From assembly GCF_039974535.1 (NCBI RefSeq), contig NZ_JBDWIU010000012.1, positions 135,045 through 199,044 on the forward strand: a stretch of DNA of 64,000 bases, in the 5' to 3' direction. Under the pieces are notes generated by a model, which saw only the letters and a program-made list of their open reading frames with translations, did no database searches and was not told the origin of the DNA. The DNA is from Litoreibacter sp. (GTDB taxonomy: Bacteria > Pseudomonadota > Alphaproteobacteria > Rhodobacterales > Rhodobacteraceae). The first letter of the stretch is position 1; every line of letters begins with the position of its first letter. The translations under genes were made by a program, and so were the position numbers. This document shows positions 7,603 to 16,034 of the stretch, piece after piece.

Positions 7603-8565
7603 ATGACGAAACCGTTGAGCTGGGGTGTCTTAGGTGCCGCAAACTTTGCCTTTGAGCATATGGGCCCCGCAATACACTCCGCACGTGGGGCGCGATTAAC
7701 GGCGTTGGCGACCAGTTCTGACGACAAATTCTCTAGGTTTTCCAACAAGTTTCCGGACCTCAAGCGCCACACGGATTACGACGCGCTTTTGGCAGATGAT
7801 GGGATTGATGCGGTCTACATACCGCTACCCAATACATTGCATGTGGAGTGGGGCCTGAAGGCGATGGCCGCTGGGAAGCATGTGTTGATAGAAAAGCCCG
7901 TGGCCATGAAGGCAAGCGACATCGACGTCTTGATTGAGGCGCGGGATCGCACAGGTCTGATGGCGACCGAGGCCTATATGATCGTCCATCATCCGCAGTG
8001 GCAACGGGCGAAGGAGCTTGTGGCGAATGGTGCTGTGGGGGACTTGAAACAGCTGACTTGCGCGTTTTCATATGACAACCGCGACCCTGACAATATCCGT
8101 AACAAGGCGGATTTGGGCGGCGGTGCGTTGCCCGATATTGGTGTCTATGCCTTAGGCTGCGCGCGCTACGTACTGGGGGCGGAGTTTGAGCAAATCTCGG
8201 CCCAGATTGAACGAGTGGCAGGGGTGGATACATTGTCACGCGTGCAGGGGCAGATCGCAGGGGCGGCCTATAATGGATACGTGTCCACGCGGATGCAGCC
8301 CTTCCAAGAGGTAGTCTTTCACGGGGACGCAGGCCTGATCAAACTCACTGCGCCGTTCAATCCGAATGTCTACGGCATGGCGCAAATTGAGGTGCATCAG
8401 GGTGGGGATATCCGCATGGAGCGCTTCCCTGCGGCGAACCACTACGTCAATCAGGTGGAGGCCTTCTGCGCTTCGGTTGGGACGGGCGTGGATTATCCGT
8501 GGTCGCTGGAGGACGCTAAGGGGACGCAAGCTTTGATCGATGCGGTCTTTGCGGCTGCGGGTTAG
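7603..8565 (+). CDS. Gfo/Idh/MocA family oxidoreductase
   Basis: WGVLGAA Rossmann start, DAVYIPLPN..H.EW, GKHVLIEKP, GGGALPDIGVY; GGAGG SD. Confidence 0.92.
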   Translation: MTKPLSWGVLGAANFAFEHMGPAIHSARGARLTALATSSDDKFSRFSNKFPDLKRHTDYDALLADDGIDAVYIPLPNTLHVEWGLKAMAAGKHVLIEKPVAMKASDIDVLIEARDRTGLMATEAYMIVHHPQWQRAKELVANGAVGDLKQLTCAFSYDNRDPDNIRNKADLGGGALPDIGVYALGCARYVLGAEFEQISAQIERVAGVDTLSRVQGQIAGAAYNGYVSTRMQPFQEVVFHGDAGLIKLTAPFNPNVYGMAQIEVHQGGDIRMERFPAANHYVNQVEAFCASVGTGVDYPWSLEDAKGTQALIDAVFAAAG

Positions 8566-8915
8566 ATCCCCAAATCTGCGCGCAGCTTTTTGGTGAGCTT
8601 GGATTTGGCCATGTCGTATGAGGCCTCAATATGGGCTTTGAGCTCGGTGTCGGACAGGCCGGGTTCCTCGTAGTGCTGTATCCATTTCATGCCGCGCGAG
8701 GCCAAGTACGGGGCAGGGCGTAGACCGGGCATGTCGGGTAGAATTTCCCATGCAATGTCGGACACCTTGAAGGTGAACGCGTCCTTACCATCGTTCCAGC
8801 CGCAAACGGCAAACAGCTTGGTGCCGACCTTCCAGACGTCCGAGTTGCCCCATTGAACCACATGATTGGTCGCGGGCAGGGAGGCGCAAAATGCGTTGTA
8901 CTCGTCTCTGGTCAT
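8562..8915 (-). CDS. MmcQ/YjbR family protein
   Basis: QWGNSDVWKVGTKLFA, FKVSD, RPAPYLASRGMKWI, SYDM motifs. Confidence 0.88.
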   Translation of the reverse strand: MTRDEYNAFCASLPATNHVVQWGNSDVWKVGTKLFAVCGWNDGKDAFTFKVSDIAWEILPDMPGLRPAPYLASRGMKWIQHYEEPGLSDTELKAHIEASYDMAKSKLTKKLRADLGI

Positions 8916-9004
8916 GGATCGTTACCCGTCTGCTGTTGCTTGGCTGCGATCAGTTTGGCAGCGCGGGGCATTGGGGGCAACGACCTTCGGGTTTTCGCTA
9001 ATGC

Positions 9005-9529
9005 TCATGAACAACGGGCTGTAAAATCCTTTATAAAACCTTCTACTTTCGCGCGGTTTTCTGAGGTCATCAGTTCTTGAAGTATTTCATCGGGAGATAG
9101 CTTGAGAAGATCGAAGGCGATGAAAGGGTCGAGCATGAACCTATCGCTGACGGTAGACAAAACCAGCCGCAGTTGAGCAAGCATATCGTCACCCCGATGA
9201 GAAGCATGCATCAACGCTATGGGCTTTGCGATGATTTCGTCTCGGGATACGAGCCAGTCGATTGCGTTCTTCAGGCCGCCAGGAATTGCCCTGACATACT
9301 CGGGACTTGAGAAGAGCAACCCGTCACTTTTGTTAATCATGTCGGCGAAGGCTTGAACGGGCTGTGGTAGAGGGCCATTCTCGGCGTCAGGTGAGAATAC
9401 TGGTAGTTCGGCTACACCAGAAAACACGACCACCTCATGAGTTGGGTGAGCGATTTTCGAGACGGCCCTAAGTAAGGCTGTATTGGTGGAGGCCTCGCGG
9501 CCACTTCCAGAAATAGCAAGAATGTTCAT
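9005..9529 (-). CDS. NADPH-dependent FMN reductase (ChrR/SsuE-like)
   Basis: ILAISGSGREAS, SPEYVRAIPGGLKNAIDWLVS. Confidence 0.92.
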   Translation of the reverse strand: MNILAISGSGREASTNTALLRAVSKIAHPTHEVVVFSGVAELPVFSPDAENGPLPQPVQAFADMINKSDGLLFSSPEYVRAIPGGLKNAIDWLVSRDEIIAKPIALMHASHRGDDMLAQLRLVLSTVSDRFMLDPFIAFDLLKLSPDEILQELMTSENRAKVEGFIKDFTARCS

Positions 9530-9750
9530 TTGTTATCCCTAGGCGAAACCTATGCTGCTCTCAATGTCTAGTTCGTCCGGCAAAGGGGCATCGAAGTAAG
9601 CAGGTCCAAAGATAAATTATTTTGGGATTGGGGCCATGATGATCAGGTTCTCACAGAACTGTGAAACTCTGACTTGCCGCATTGGCGCCCGCTCCCTATC
9701 AATCGAGCGCAAAGCAATTATGATTTCGCCACGGTAAAGGAGAGGATGCT

Positions 9751-10239
9751 ATGTCAGACTTGAACACCACCCGACGTGGGCTATTGGCGACGACAGGTGC
9801 GCTGGCCGCGACAGCCGTGTCCGGCCTTTTGCTGCCGGCACGCGCCCAAGGATTGGCCCCAACACCGACGATGCGCGGTGGATCGAACAACTACCAGCCC
9901 GGTGCCCCAATAGTGGAGCGGATTGGCGGCGGCGGGTTTTGGATGACGGGCAGCGTGCTCAGGGCGGGCGATGGTGCCCCGCTTTCGGGACAACGCATCC
10001 AGATTTGGGCGCATACCACCGAAGGCCACGAGCGTGACGCGCAAAGCCACGGGGCGACCCTGACCGATGCGAAGGGCAACTTCCGTCTGGAGATGCCGCA
10101 GATCGTGCCAGCCTTTGGGCAGGCGCATGGGCATCTGGCGTTCGAGGGTGAGGGGTTCGAGACCGTGTTCCTACGCCCTGTTATGTCCAACTCCCGTGAC
10201 ACCACATTGAACGTGGATTTCGTCCTTCAGCCGGTCTAG
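9751..10239 (+). CDS. Tat-exported intradiol-dioxygenase-like protein
   Basis: Twin-arginine signal TTRRGLL; G.VL...G.PL.G..IQIWA, TDAKG.FR and AHGH motifs of the intradiol fold. Confidence 0.8.
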   Translation: MSDLNTTRRGLLATTGALAATAVSGLLLPARAQGLAPTPTMRGGSNNYQPGAPIVERIGGGGFWMTGSVLRAGDGAPLSGQRIQIWAHTTEGHERDAQSHGATLTDAKGNFRLEMPQIVPAFGQAHGHLAFEGEGFETVFLRPVMSNSRDTTLNVDFVLQPV

Positions 10240-10285
10240 CGGGCAGGGCGGACGCATTCGTAGCATCTTAATATGGGGCGGTCTT

Positions 10286-10840
10286 TTGGCCGTTGTGGCG
10301 GTGCCCATCGGGGCCGCCGCCCTTAGCCCGTTTTTGGCGTGGCGCGGACCGATTTACATCTTCGCGGGATTTGCGGGTATTTTTGCGATGGCGCTATTGC
10401 TTATTCAGCCGCTGTTGGTGGCAGGGTATTTGCCCGGCTTTGAGGCGCGACGTGGACGAGGCGCGCACGGCGTTATCGGCGGCGCGTTGGTTTTATGTGT
10501 CGTGGGACACGTCGCAGGGCTTTGGATCACCAGCCCGCCTGACGTCATCGACGCGTTAACCTTTACTTCACCCACATCCTTTTCCGTCTGGGGCGTTGTG
10601 GCCATGTGGGCCGTTTTTACGACGGCCCTCGTTGCGAAGGGGCGACGTAGGTTGAGGCTTAAGCCCCACACATGGCGTGGTCTGCATCTGGGGTTGGCGG
10701 TTGTGATAGCGCTTGGCAGCACGCTCCACGCGTTGCTTATTGAGGGCGCAATGGAGACCATAACCAAAGCCGCCCTATGCGCGCTGGTACTTGTTGCCGT
10801 GGCCAAGGTCGTGCTGGTTTTCAGGCCGCGACGCCGCTGA
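10286..10840 (+). CDS. Ferric-reductase-like transmembrane (bis-heme b) protein; true start uncertain
   Basis: Multiple TM helices with four His (GAHG, VGHV, WRGLH, TLHA). The frame stays open upstream to 10211 without ATG/GTG. Confidence 0.8.
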   Translation: MAVVAVPIGAAALSPFLAWRGPIYIFAGFAGIFAMALLLIQPLLVAGYLPGFEARRGRGAHGVIGGALVLCVVGHVAGLWITSPPDVIDALTFTSPTSFSVWGVVAMWAVFTTALVAKGRRRLRLKPHTWRGLHLGLAVVIALGSTLHALLIEGAMETITKAALCALVLVAVAKVVLVFRPRRR

Positions 10841-10850
10841 GGTGTGCTAG

Positions 10851-11768
10851 CTAACCTTCCACGCGAAACTCTGCCAAGACGTCGATAATCAAGTCCTTCA
10901 CGCGGTCACGAACGGCGGACTTTTGGCCGGAGCGAGACACAAGATACATGTCCGACCGGAACTGCTTGGGGAGCTTTACATCGCGGTAGACGATGTTCTC
11001 TAGCTGCATAACTTGCGCCGACTTGGGCACGATGGCGAAGCCAAGGCCGTGGTTGACCAGACTGATCACTGCGTGGGTTTGGCTGGCCTCCATTTTGGTG
11101 TCAGGCACTATCCCGCAAGACGAGAATAACGCGCCCATCGTCTCCATCAAAAAGCCGCCCCTGTCTTTGGTGTAGGAGACATAAGGTTCCCCGTCGAAGT
11201 CGTTGATTGAAAGGTCGAATTTTGTCGCCAGGTGATGCCCTATGGGGATGGCCATGACGAAAGGTTCGCTGACCGCTCTTGTGCGCTCTATCTCGCCGCG
11301 AGGCTGCTCCATTCGCGTCAGGCCCAGATCGATGCGGCCGGAGCGTTGAGATTCAATCACCTCGTAGCCCATCATTTCAATCGGGGTCAGGCCCACGTTG
11401 GGAAGCTCTTGCGCCATGCGCTGGGCGATCAATGGCATGAATTTCATCGCGGCAGAGGGGACAAAGCCAAGGGAGATGTTCCCAACGTCACCGCGCTCCG
11501 CCTGACGGGCATTCAGGATCGCGTGCTCTGCGCGTTGAATGATGTCGATAGCGCTGTGGTAAAAGCTTTCGCCAGCGGAGGTGAGGCGAACATGTCTGTT
11601 GTTGCGCTCCAGCAAGGTGAGGTTAACACGTTCTTCCAAGATTTTGATTTGTCTGGATAAAGGAGGTTGCGTCATGTTCATGCGCTCCGCTGCTCTGCGA
11701 AAGCTAAGCTCTTCGGCGACGGCAACGAAACACCTCATTTGGAAGAATTCAAACTGTCCTTGGACCAT
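10851..11768 (-). CDS. LysR-family transcriptional regulator; start ATG 11768
   Basis: FVAVAEELSFRRAAERMNMTQPPLSRQIKILEE HTH. Confidence 0.95.
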   Translation of the reverse strand: MVQGQFEFFQMRCFVAVAEELSFRRAAERMNMTQPPLSRQIKILEERVNLTLLERNNRHVRLTSAGESFYHSAIDIIQRAEHAILNARQAERGDVGNISLGFVPSAAMKFMPLIAQRMAQELPNVGLTPIEMMGYEVIESQRSGRIDLGLTRMEQPRGEIERTRAVSEPFVMAIPIGHHLATKFDLSINDFDGEPYVSYTKDRGGFLMETMGALFSSCGIVPDTKMEASQTHAVISLVNHGLGFAIVPKSAQVMQLENIVYRDVKLPKQFRSDMYLVSRSGQKSAVRDRVKDLIIDVLAEFRVEG

Positions 11769-11807
11769 GTAAGTGCTCGTTATGCAGGGGAATTGAGAGG
11801 TATAATT

Positions 11808-11824
11808 GATACATTTTATGTATC
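11808..11824. promoter_or_regulatory. LysR recognition site GATACAT-TTT-ATGTATC (T-N11-A)
   Basis: Perfect 7-bp palindrome containing T-N11-A in the divergent intergenic region. Confidence 0.75.
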
Positions 11825-11904
11825 GCAGCAATCTAATTGTGAAATTTACATTTCTGCCGCGAGGAACGAAATTACCACCCGACCCGCAGATGGAGGACCC
11901 CTAG

Positions 11905-12627
11905 ATGACCGAGCACCCGCTAAAGCCCGAAACCAAAGCCATGCTCGAGAAAGTGTCCGTCGCGACGCTTTGCACGGTCATGTACAAACGTGGATTGCGC
12001 AATCAAGTGATCCAAGACGTGCACCCCCTGTCGCAAAAGGGGAAGAACATGGTCGGTCCTGCGTTCACCCTGCGCTACATGCCGGCACGTGAAGACCGGA
12101 ACCAGTTGATCGAATTTCGCAACCCCAAGCACCCGCAACGCCACGCCGTCGAAATGTGCCCAGAGGGACATGTGCTGGTGATGGACAGCCGCAAAAGCGC
12201 CTATGCGGCTTCGGCGGGCGATATACTGGTGACGCGACTGATGGCGCGCGGCGTCGCGGGTGTTGTCACCGATGGCGGGTTTCGCGACGCGATGAGCATC
12301 GCCCAGCTGGAGATGCCCGCCTACCACCACCGCCCCGCGAGCCTGACCAACCTGACTATCAACGAGGCGATTGATATCAACGTGCCCATCGGCTGTGGCG
12401 ACGCGCCCGTGTTTCCCGGCGATATCCTTGTGGGGGATGATGACAGCATCATCGTGCTGCCCGCCCATTTGGCCGAGGAGGCCGCCATTGAGGCGACAGA
12501 AATGACCGCCTATGAGGATTTTGTGCTGAGCAAGGTAAAGGCAGGGGCGAGCATCATCGGGCTATACCCCGCGACGGACGAGAAAAACTTGGCCGAGTTC
12601 GAAGAATGGAAAGCCAACCGCTCCTAA
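11905..12627 (+). CDS. RraA-like / HMG-aldolase family protein
   Basis: VSVATLCT, MVGPAFTLRY, GDIL..RL..RGVAGVVTDGGFRD, PGDILVGDDD. Confidence 0.88.
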   Translation: MTEHPLKPETKAMLEKVSVATLCTVMYKRGLRNQVIQDVHPLSQKGKNMVGPAFTLRYMPAREDRNQLIEFRNPKHPQRHAVEMCPEGHVLVMDSRKSAYAASAGDILVTRLMARGVAGVVTDGGFRDAMSIAQLEMPAYHHRPASLTNLTINEAIDINVPIGCGDAPVFPGDILVGDDDSIIVLPAHLAEEAAIEATEMTAYEDFVLSKVKAGASIIGLYPATDEKNLAEFEEWKANRS

Positions 12628-12676
12628 GTCGGCGCTTACAAATGACCAATTCCAAGACAAGAATGCGAGACGCAAC

Positions 12677-14191
12677 ATGACTTTTAAACCGCACGGAAAA
12701 CACCTTATCGCAGGCAGCTGGGTAGACGGGGACGCCAGCACCGCCTCTACGCCCGCCCATGGGCCATCTCATGAATATTCGGTTGGCACATCCGCCCATG
12801 TCGACGCCGCCTGCCAAGCCGCCGAGGAGGCATTCTGGAGCTACGGCTATTCCAGCGCCCAAGACCGCGCGGAGTTCCTAAACGCGATTGCGGATGAGAT
12901 CGAGGCACGCGCTGACGCGATCACTGAGATTGGCACCCAAGAAACCGGCCTCCCCGAAGCCCGCCTGCAAGGGGAGCGCGGACGCACCACGGGGCAGCTT
13001 CGCCTGTTTGCTTCATATATTCTGGATGGTGGTTATCTTGACCTGCGCCACGACGCGGCCCTGCCTGATCGTGCCCCGATCCCACGGCCTGACCTGAAAC
13101 TGGTACAACGTCCGATCGGGCCCGTGGCGGTGTTTGGCGCATCCAACTTCCCGCTGGCGTTCTCGACCGCTGGTGGGGACACTGCGGCGGCCTTGGCGGC
13201 GGGGTGTCCTGTTGTGATCAAAGGGCACGGCGCACACCCCGGCACCAGCGAGATCATCGCCGAAGCCATCAACGCGGCGATCACAAGCTGCGGTGTGCAT
13301 GCGGGCGTCTTCTCGCTAATTCAAGACGGCGCGCGCGAGATGGGGGCGGCACTTGTCCAGCACCCGTTGATCAACGCGGTGGGCTTTACCGGATCACTGG
13401 CTGGGGGGCGCGCGCTGTTTGATCTATGTGCGCAACGCGACACGCCTATCCCGTTCTTTGGCGAACTTGGCTCGGTCAATCCAATGTTTATGATGCCATC
13501 CGCCTTGGCAAATCGGGGCGAAGACATTGGCACCGCTTGGGCGGGATCTTTGACCATGGGGGCGGGGCAGTTTTGCACCAACCCCGGCGTGGCGGTTGTC
13601 ATCGACGGGCCTGACGCGGATGCGTTTATTTCCGCCACGACAGCTGCCTTGGAGGAGGTTGCGCCGCAAACTATGCTCACCGACGGGATCGCGGAGGCGT
13701 ACCGCTCTGGGCAGACACGCTTTGGGGGCGCAGAGGGCGTAAAGACGCTGTTGTCCACGACTTGCGGCAAGCGCGAGGCCAGCCCGTTTCTGTTTGAGAC
13801 CACAGGGGCAGAGTGGATGGCCAACGATGAGCTGGAGGAGGAGGTGTTTGGCCCCCTCGGGCTGGTCGTTCGCGTGAAAGACGCGGCTCAGATGCAGGAC
13901 GTCGCACGCAGCCTGAAGGGCCAGTTAACTTGCACGCTGCATCTGGACACAGAAGATCACGCGGCGGCACAAAGCCTGCTGCCTGTGTTGGAACGTAAAG
14001 CAGGGCGTTTGTTGATGAATGGCTTTCCAACGGGGGTCGAGGTCAGCGACGCGATGGTTCACGGCGGGCCATACCCCGCCTCCACGAACTTCGGGGCGAC
14101 TTCGGTCGGGACCATGGCGATCAGGCGGTTCTTGCGGCCGGTTTGCCTTCAGGGATTTCCCGATGCGCTGTTGCCGCGTGAGTGCCATTAG
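12677..14191 (+). CDS. NADP+-dependent aldehyde dehydrogenase (2,5-dioxopentanoate/KGSA dehydrogenase type)
   Basis: FGASNFPLAFSTAGGDTA, GFTGS, GELGSVNP, GQFCTNPG, EEVFGP, HGGPYPA: KGSADH subfamily signature. Confidence 0.92.
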   Translation: MTFKPHGKHLIAGSWVDGDASTASTPAHGPSHEYSVGTSAHVDAACQAAEEAFWSYGYSSAQDRAEFLNAIADEIEARADAITEIGTQETGLPEARLQGERGRTTGQLRLFASYILDGGYLDLRHDAALPDRAPIPRPDLKLVQRPIGPVAVFGASNFPLAFSTAGGDTAAALAAGCPVVIKGHGAHPGTSEIIAEAINAAITSCGVHAGVFSLIQDGAREMGAALVQHPLINAVGFTGSLAGGRALFDLCAQRDTPIPFFGELGSVNPMFMMPSALANRGEDIGTAWAGSLTMGAGQFCTNPGVAVVIDGPDADAFISATTAALEEVAPQTMLTDGIAEAYRSGQTRFGGAEGVKTLLSTTCGKREASPFLFETTGAEWMANDELEEEVFGPLGLVVRVKDAAQMQDVARSLKGQLTCTLHLDTEDHAAAQSLLPVLERKAGRLLMNGFPTGVEVSDAMVHGGPYPASTNFGATSVGTMAIRRFLRPVCLQGFPDALLPRECH

Positions 14192-14198
14192 ATAAGTT

Positions 14199-14230
14199 GC
14201 AGCGTCCCTCGGTGATCCAAGGGACGCTGC
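14199..14230. terminator. Hairpin between convergent ALDH and thioesterase genes
   Basis: GCAGCGTCCC-N12-GGGACGCTGC perfect 10-bp stem. Confidence 0.7.
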
Positions 14231-14255
14231 ACGATTTTGGGTAGTGCGAGACGCC

Positions 14256-14690
14256 TTAGGTATCGGGAAGCTGGCGCGGGTTGCCATCATCGTCGAGAGC
14301 CACAAAGACGAAGTCAGCGCTGGTCACCTTAGCCCCATCCTTGGCAAAGCGGGCGCGCGCCCAGACGTCCACATGCACTCGCATCGAGGTTCTGCCAACC
14401 TTCACCAGTGTCGCATAAAGCGTGACTTCGTCGCCGACTTTGACAGGGCGCAGGAACTGCATGGCTTCAACGGCGACGGTAGCGCCACGGCCTTGGGATA
14501 CGCGGCCCGCCATGTTTCCGGCGGCTAAATCCATCTGCGACATGATCCAGCCCCCGAAGATGTCGCCCGCTGGGTTGGTGTCGGCAGGCATCGCCACCGT
14601 GCGGATGACAAGGACCCCGTCGTCTTGCTGGCGTCCATGAGAGCCGCGATCTTTTGCTCGCGCGAGGGTCTCCGCTTCACTGTTGCTCAT
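14256..14690 (-). CDS. Hotdog acyl-CoA thioesterase (YciA-like); start ATG 14690
   Basis: MPADTNPAGDIFGGWIMSQMD, ATVAV, FLRPVKVGD, VGRTSM, FVFVALD. Confidence 0.92.
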   Translation of the reverse strand: MSNSEAETLARAKDRGSHGRQQDDGVLVIRTVAMPADTNPAGDIFGGWIMSQMDLAAGNMAGRVSQGRGATVAVEAMQFLRPVKVGDEVTLYATLVKVGRTSMRVHVDVWARARFAKDGAKVTSADFVFVALDDDGNPRQLPDT

Positions 14691-15021
14691 CTTGATGATC
14701 CTTCCTGGGTGACACGCCTGCACGGCGGGAAATTGCGTTGATGGAGTGTAGCCCGAAATCAAGGAGCTGGGACACGGCATACACGAAATGTTGAGTGTTA
14801 GGTGATTTTGACACTCTCATGTCAGTCTGACCTGAAGACAGAAAATTCCTAATAAGATATTCATGTGTGTAGTCGCGAGCGGCTCTTTTGAGCCCTGAGT
14901 GAATTTTCTGCTACATAACCAATGCCTGCTGCTTGGTCGCATGAGGGGAAATAGCCATCACTTGGCGCGCGCCACCTCGTTGTTCTGGTTTCTATGTTCA
15001 AACCACAATAACTACATAGCC

Positions 15022-15312
15022 ATGAAGATTTCAGCAATTTACACACTTCTGATCGTGCTGGGTACAAGCATATTTTTTATGTATTTCGCGAAGGATTGGA
15101 CAGGAAATCACTGACCTCTTTTTGGGACTTCTATTGATCGGTTCTTCTATAACTACGGAACAATATTGAAGTACTTTCTTCTGCTTCCCATTGTCGTCTG
15201 TACCTACAAAGATTTCAGAGAAAACAAAGTGCTCGCTAAAATCTCGATGCTTATCATGCTGCTGACGGTATGGTTTTGTGCGTCCAGTTTGCTCTGGGTG
15301 ATAACTGGTTAG
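15022..15312 (+). pseudogene. AT-rich small membrane-protein gene interrupted by one in-frame TGA (15112-15114)
   Basis: MKISAIYTLLIVLGTSIFFMYFAKDWTGNH*PLFGTSIDRFFYNYGTILKYFLLLPIVVCTYKDFRENKVLAKISMLIMLLTVWFCASSLLWVITG*; the frame continues for 65 codons with two more TM helices. Confidence 0.65.
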
Positions 15313-15462
15313 GAGCTGTGTCGGCGTTATTGCACATCTCGACTTCGGGGCGCATGTTGTGAAAGAAAATCCAGATGACGAAGTTCTTATTTGCCGCGCA
15401 AAGTCCGTTGAGACAGTGAGGGTGTATCAGAATTTTAAAACCTGACAGGAGAATTTCACCCC

Positions 15463-15930
15463 ATGGAAACACGCCCACCATTGCCGCCCTTTACCGAGGA
15501 AACCGCCCGCCAGAAAGTTCGGCTTGCTGAGGACGGTTGGAACGGCCGTGATGCCGCCAAGGTCGCATTGGCCTATACCGAGGACACGCAGTGGCGCAAC
15601 AGGTCCACCTTCGTGACCAACCGCGATGAAGCCCGTGCATTCCTTGAGGCAAAGTGGATCAAGGAGCTGGAATACCGCCTGATCAAGGAGCTTTGGGCGT
15701 TTACCGACAACAGAATTGCCGTGCGATACGCCTATGAATGGCATGACGACAGTGGCAATTGGTTCCGGTCTTACGGGAATGAGAACTGGGAATTTGACGC
15801 ATCAGGCCTCATGCAGCGGAGGTTTGCGAGCATCAACGATCTGCCGATCAATGAGGAAGATCGCAAGTTCCGTTGGCCACAAGGGCGCAGACCTGATGAT
15901 CACCCCAGCCTGACTGAATTGGGACTGTGA
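15463..15930 (+). CDS. NTF2-like protein (DUF1348 family)
   Basis: [60 protein letters not shown]. Confidence 0.93.
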   Translation: METRPPLPPFTEETARQKVRLAEDGWNGRDAAKVALAYTEDTQWRNRSTFVTNRDEARAFLEAKWIKELEYRLIKELWAFTDNRIAVRYAYEWHDDSGNWFRSYGNENWEFDASGLMQRRFASINDLPINEEDRKFRWPQGRRPDDHPSLTELGL

Positions 15931-15993
15931 CACGGGCTTAATCGGGCCTAATCTCGAAGTCAGACACTTTTGTCACTGTAAGACGTTCACGTC

Positions 15994-16022
15994 CGGCCCG
16001 CCCTCGTTTCAGAGGCGGGCCG
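15994..16022. terminator. Hairpin between convergent DUF1348 and pepF genes
   Basis: CGGCCCGCC...GGCGGGCCG stem. Confidence 0.65.
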
Positions 16023-16034
16023 AACGTGAAAAAT

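Noticed and set aside
619-8915. mmcB and an MmcQ/YjbR gene as a joint mitomycin-resistance system
   Set aside because: They are 7.5 kb apart in separate transcription units and unrelated families; the link is only in the names.
14797-15965. Integron cassette or IS boundaries around the AT-rich pseudogene (GTTAGG at 14797 and 15308; GTCTGAC/GTCAGAC at 14825 and 15959)
   Set aside because: No attC structure (RYYYAAC...GTTRRRY with inner repeats), matches are only 6-7 bp, and there is no integrase or transposase.
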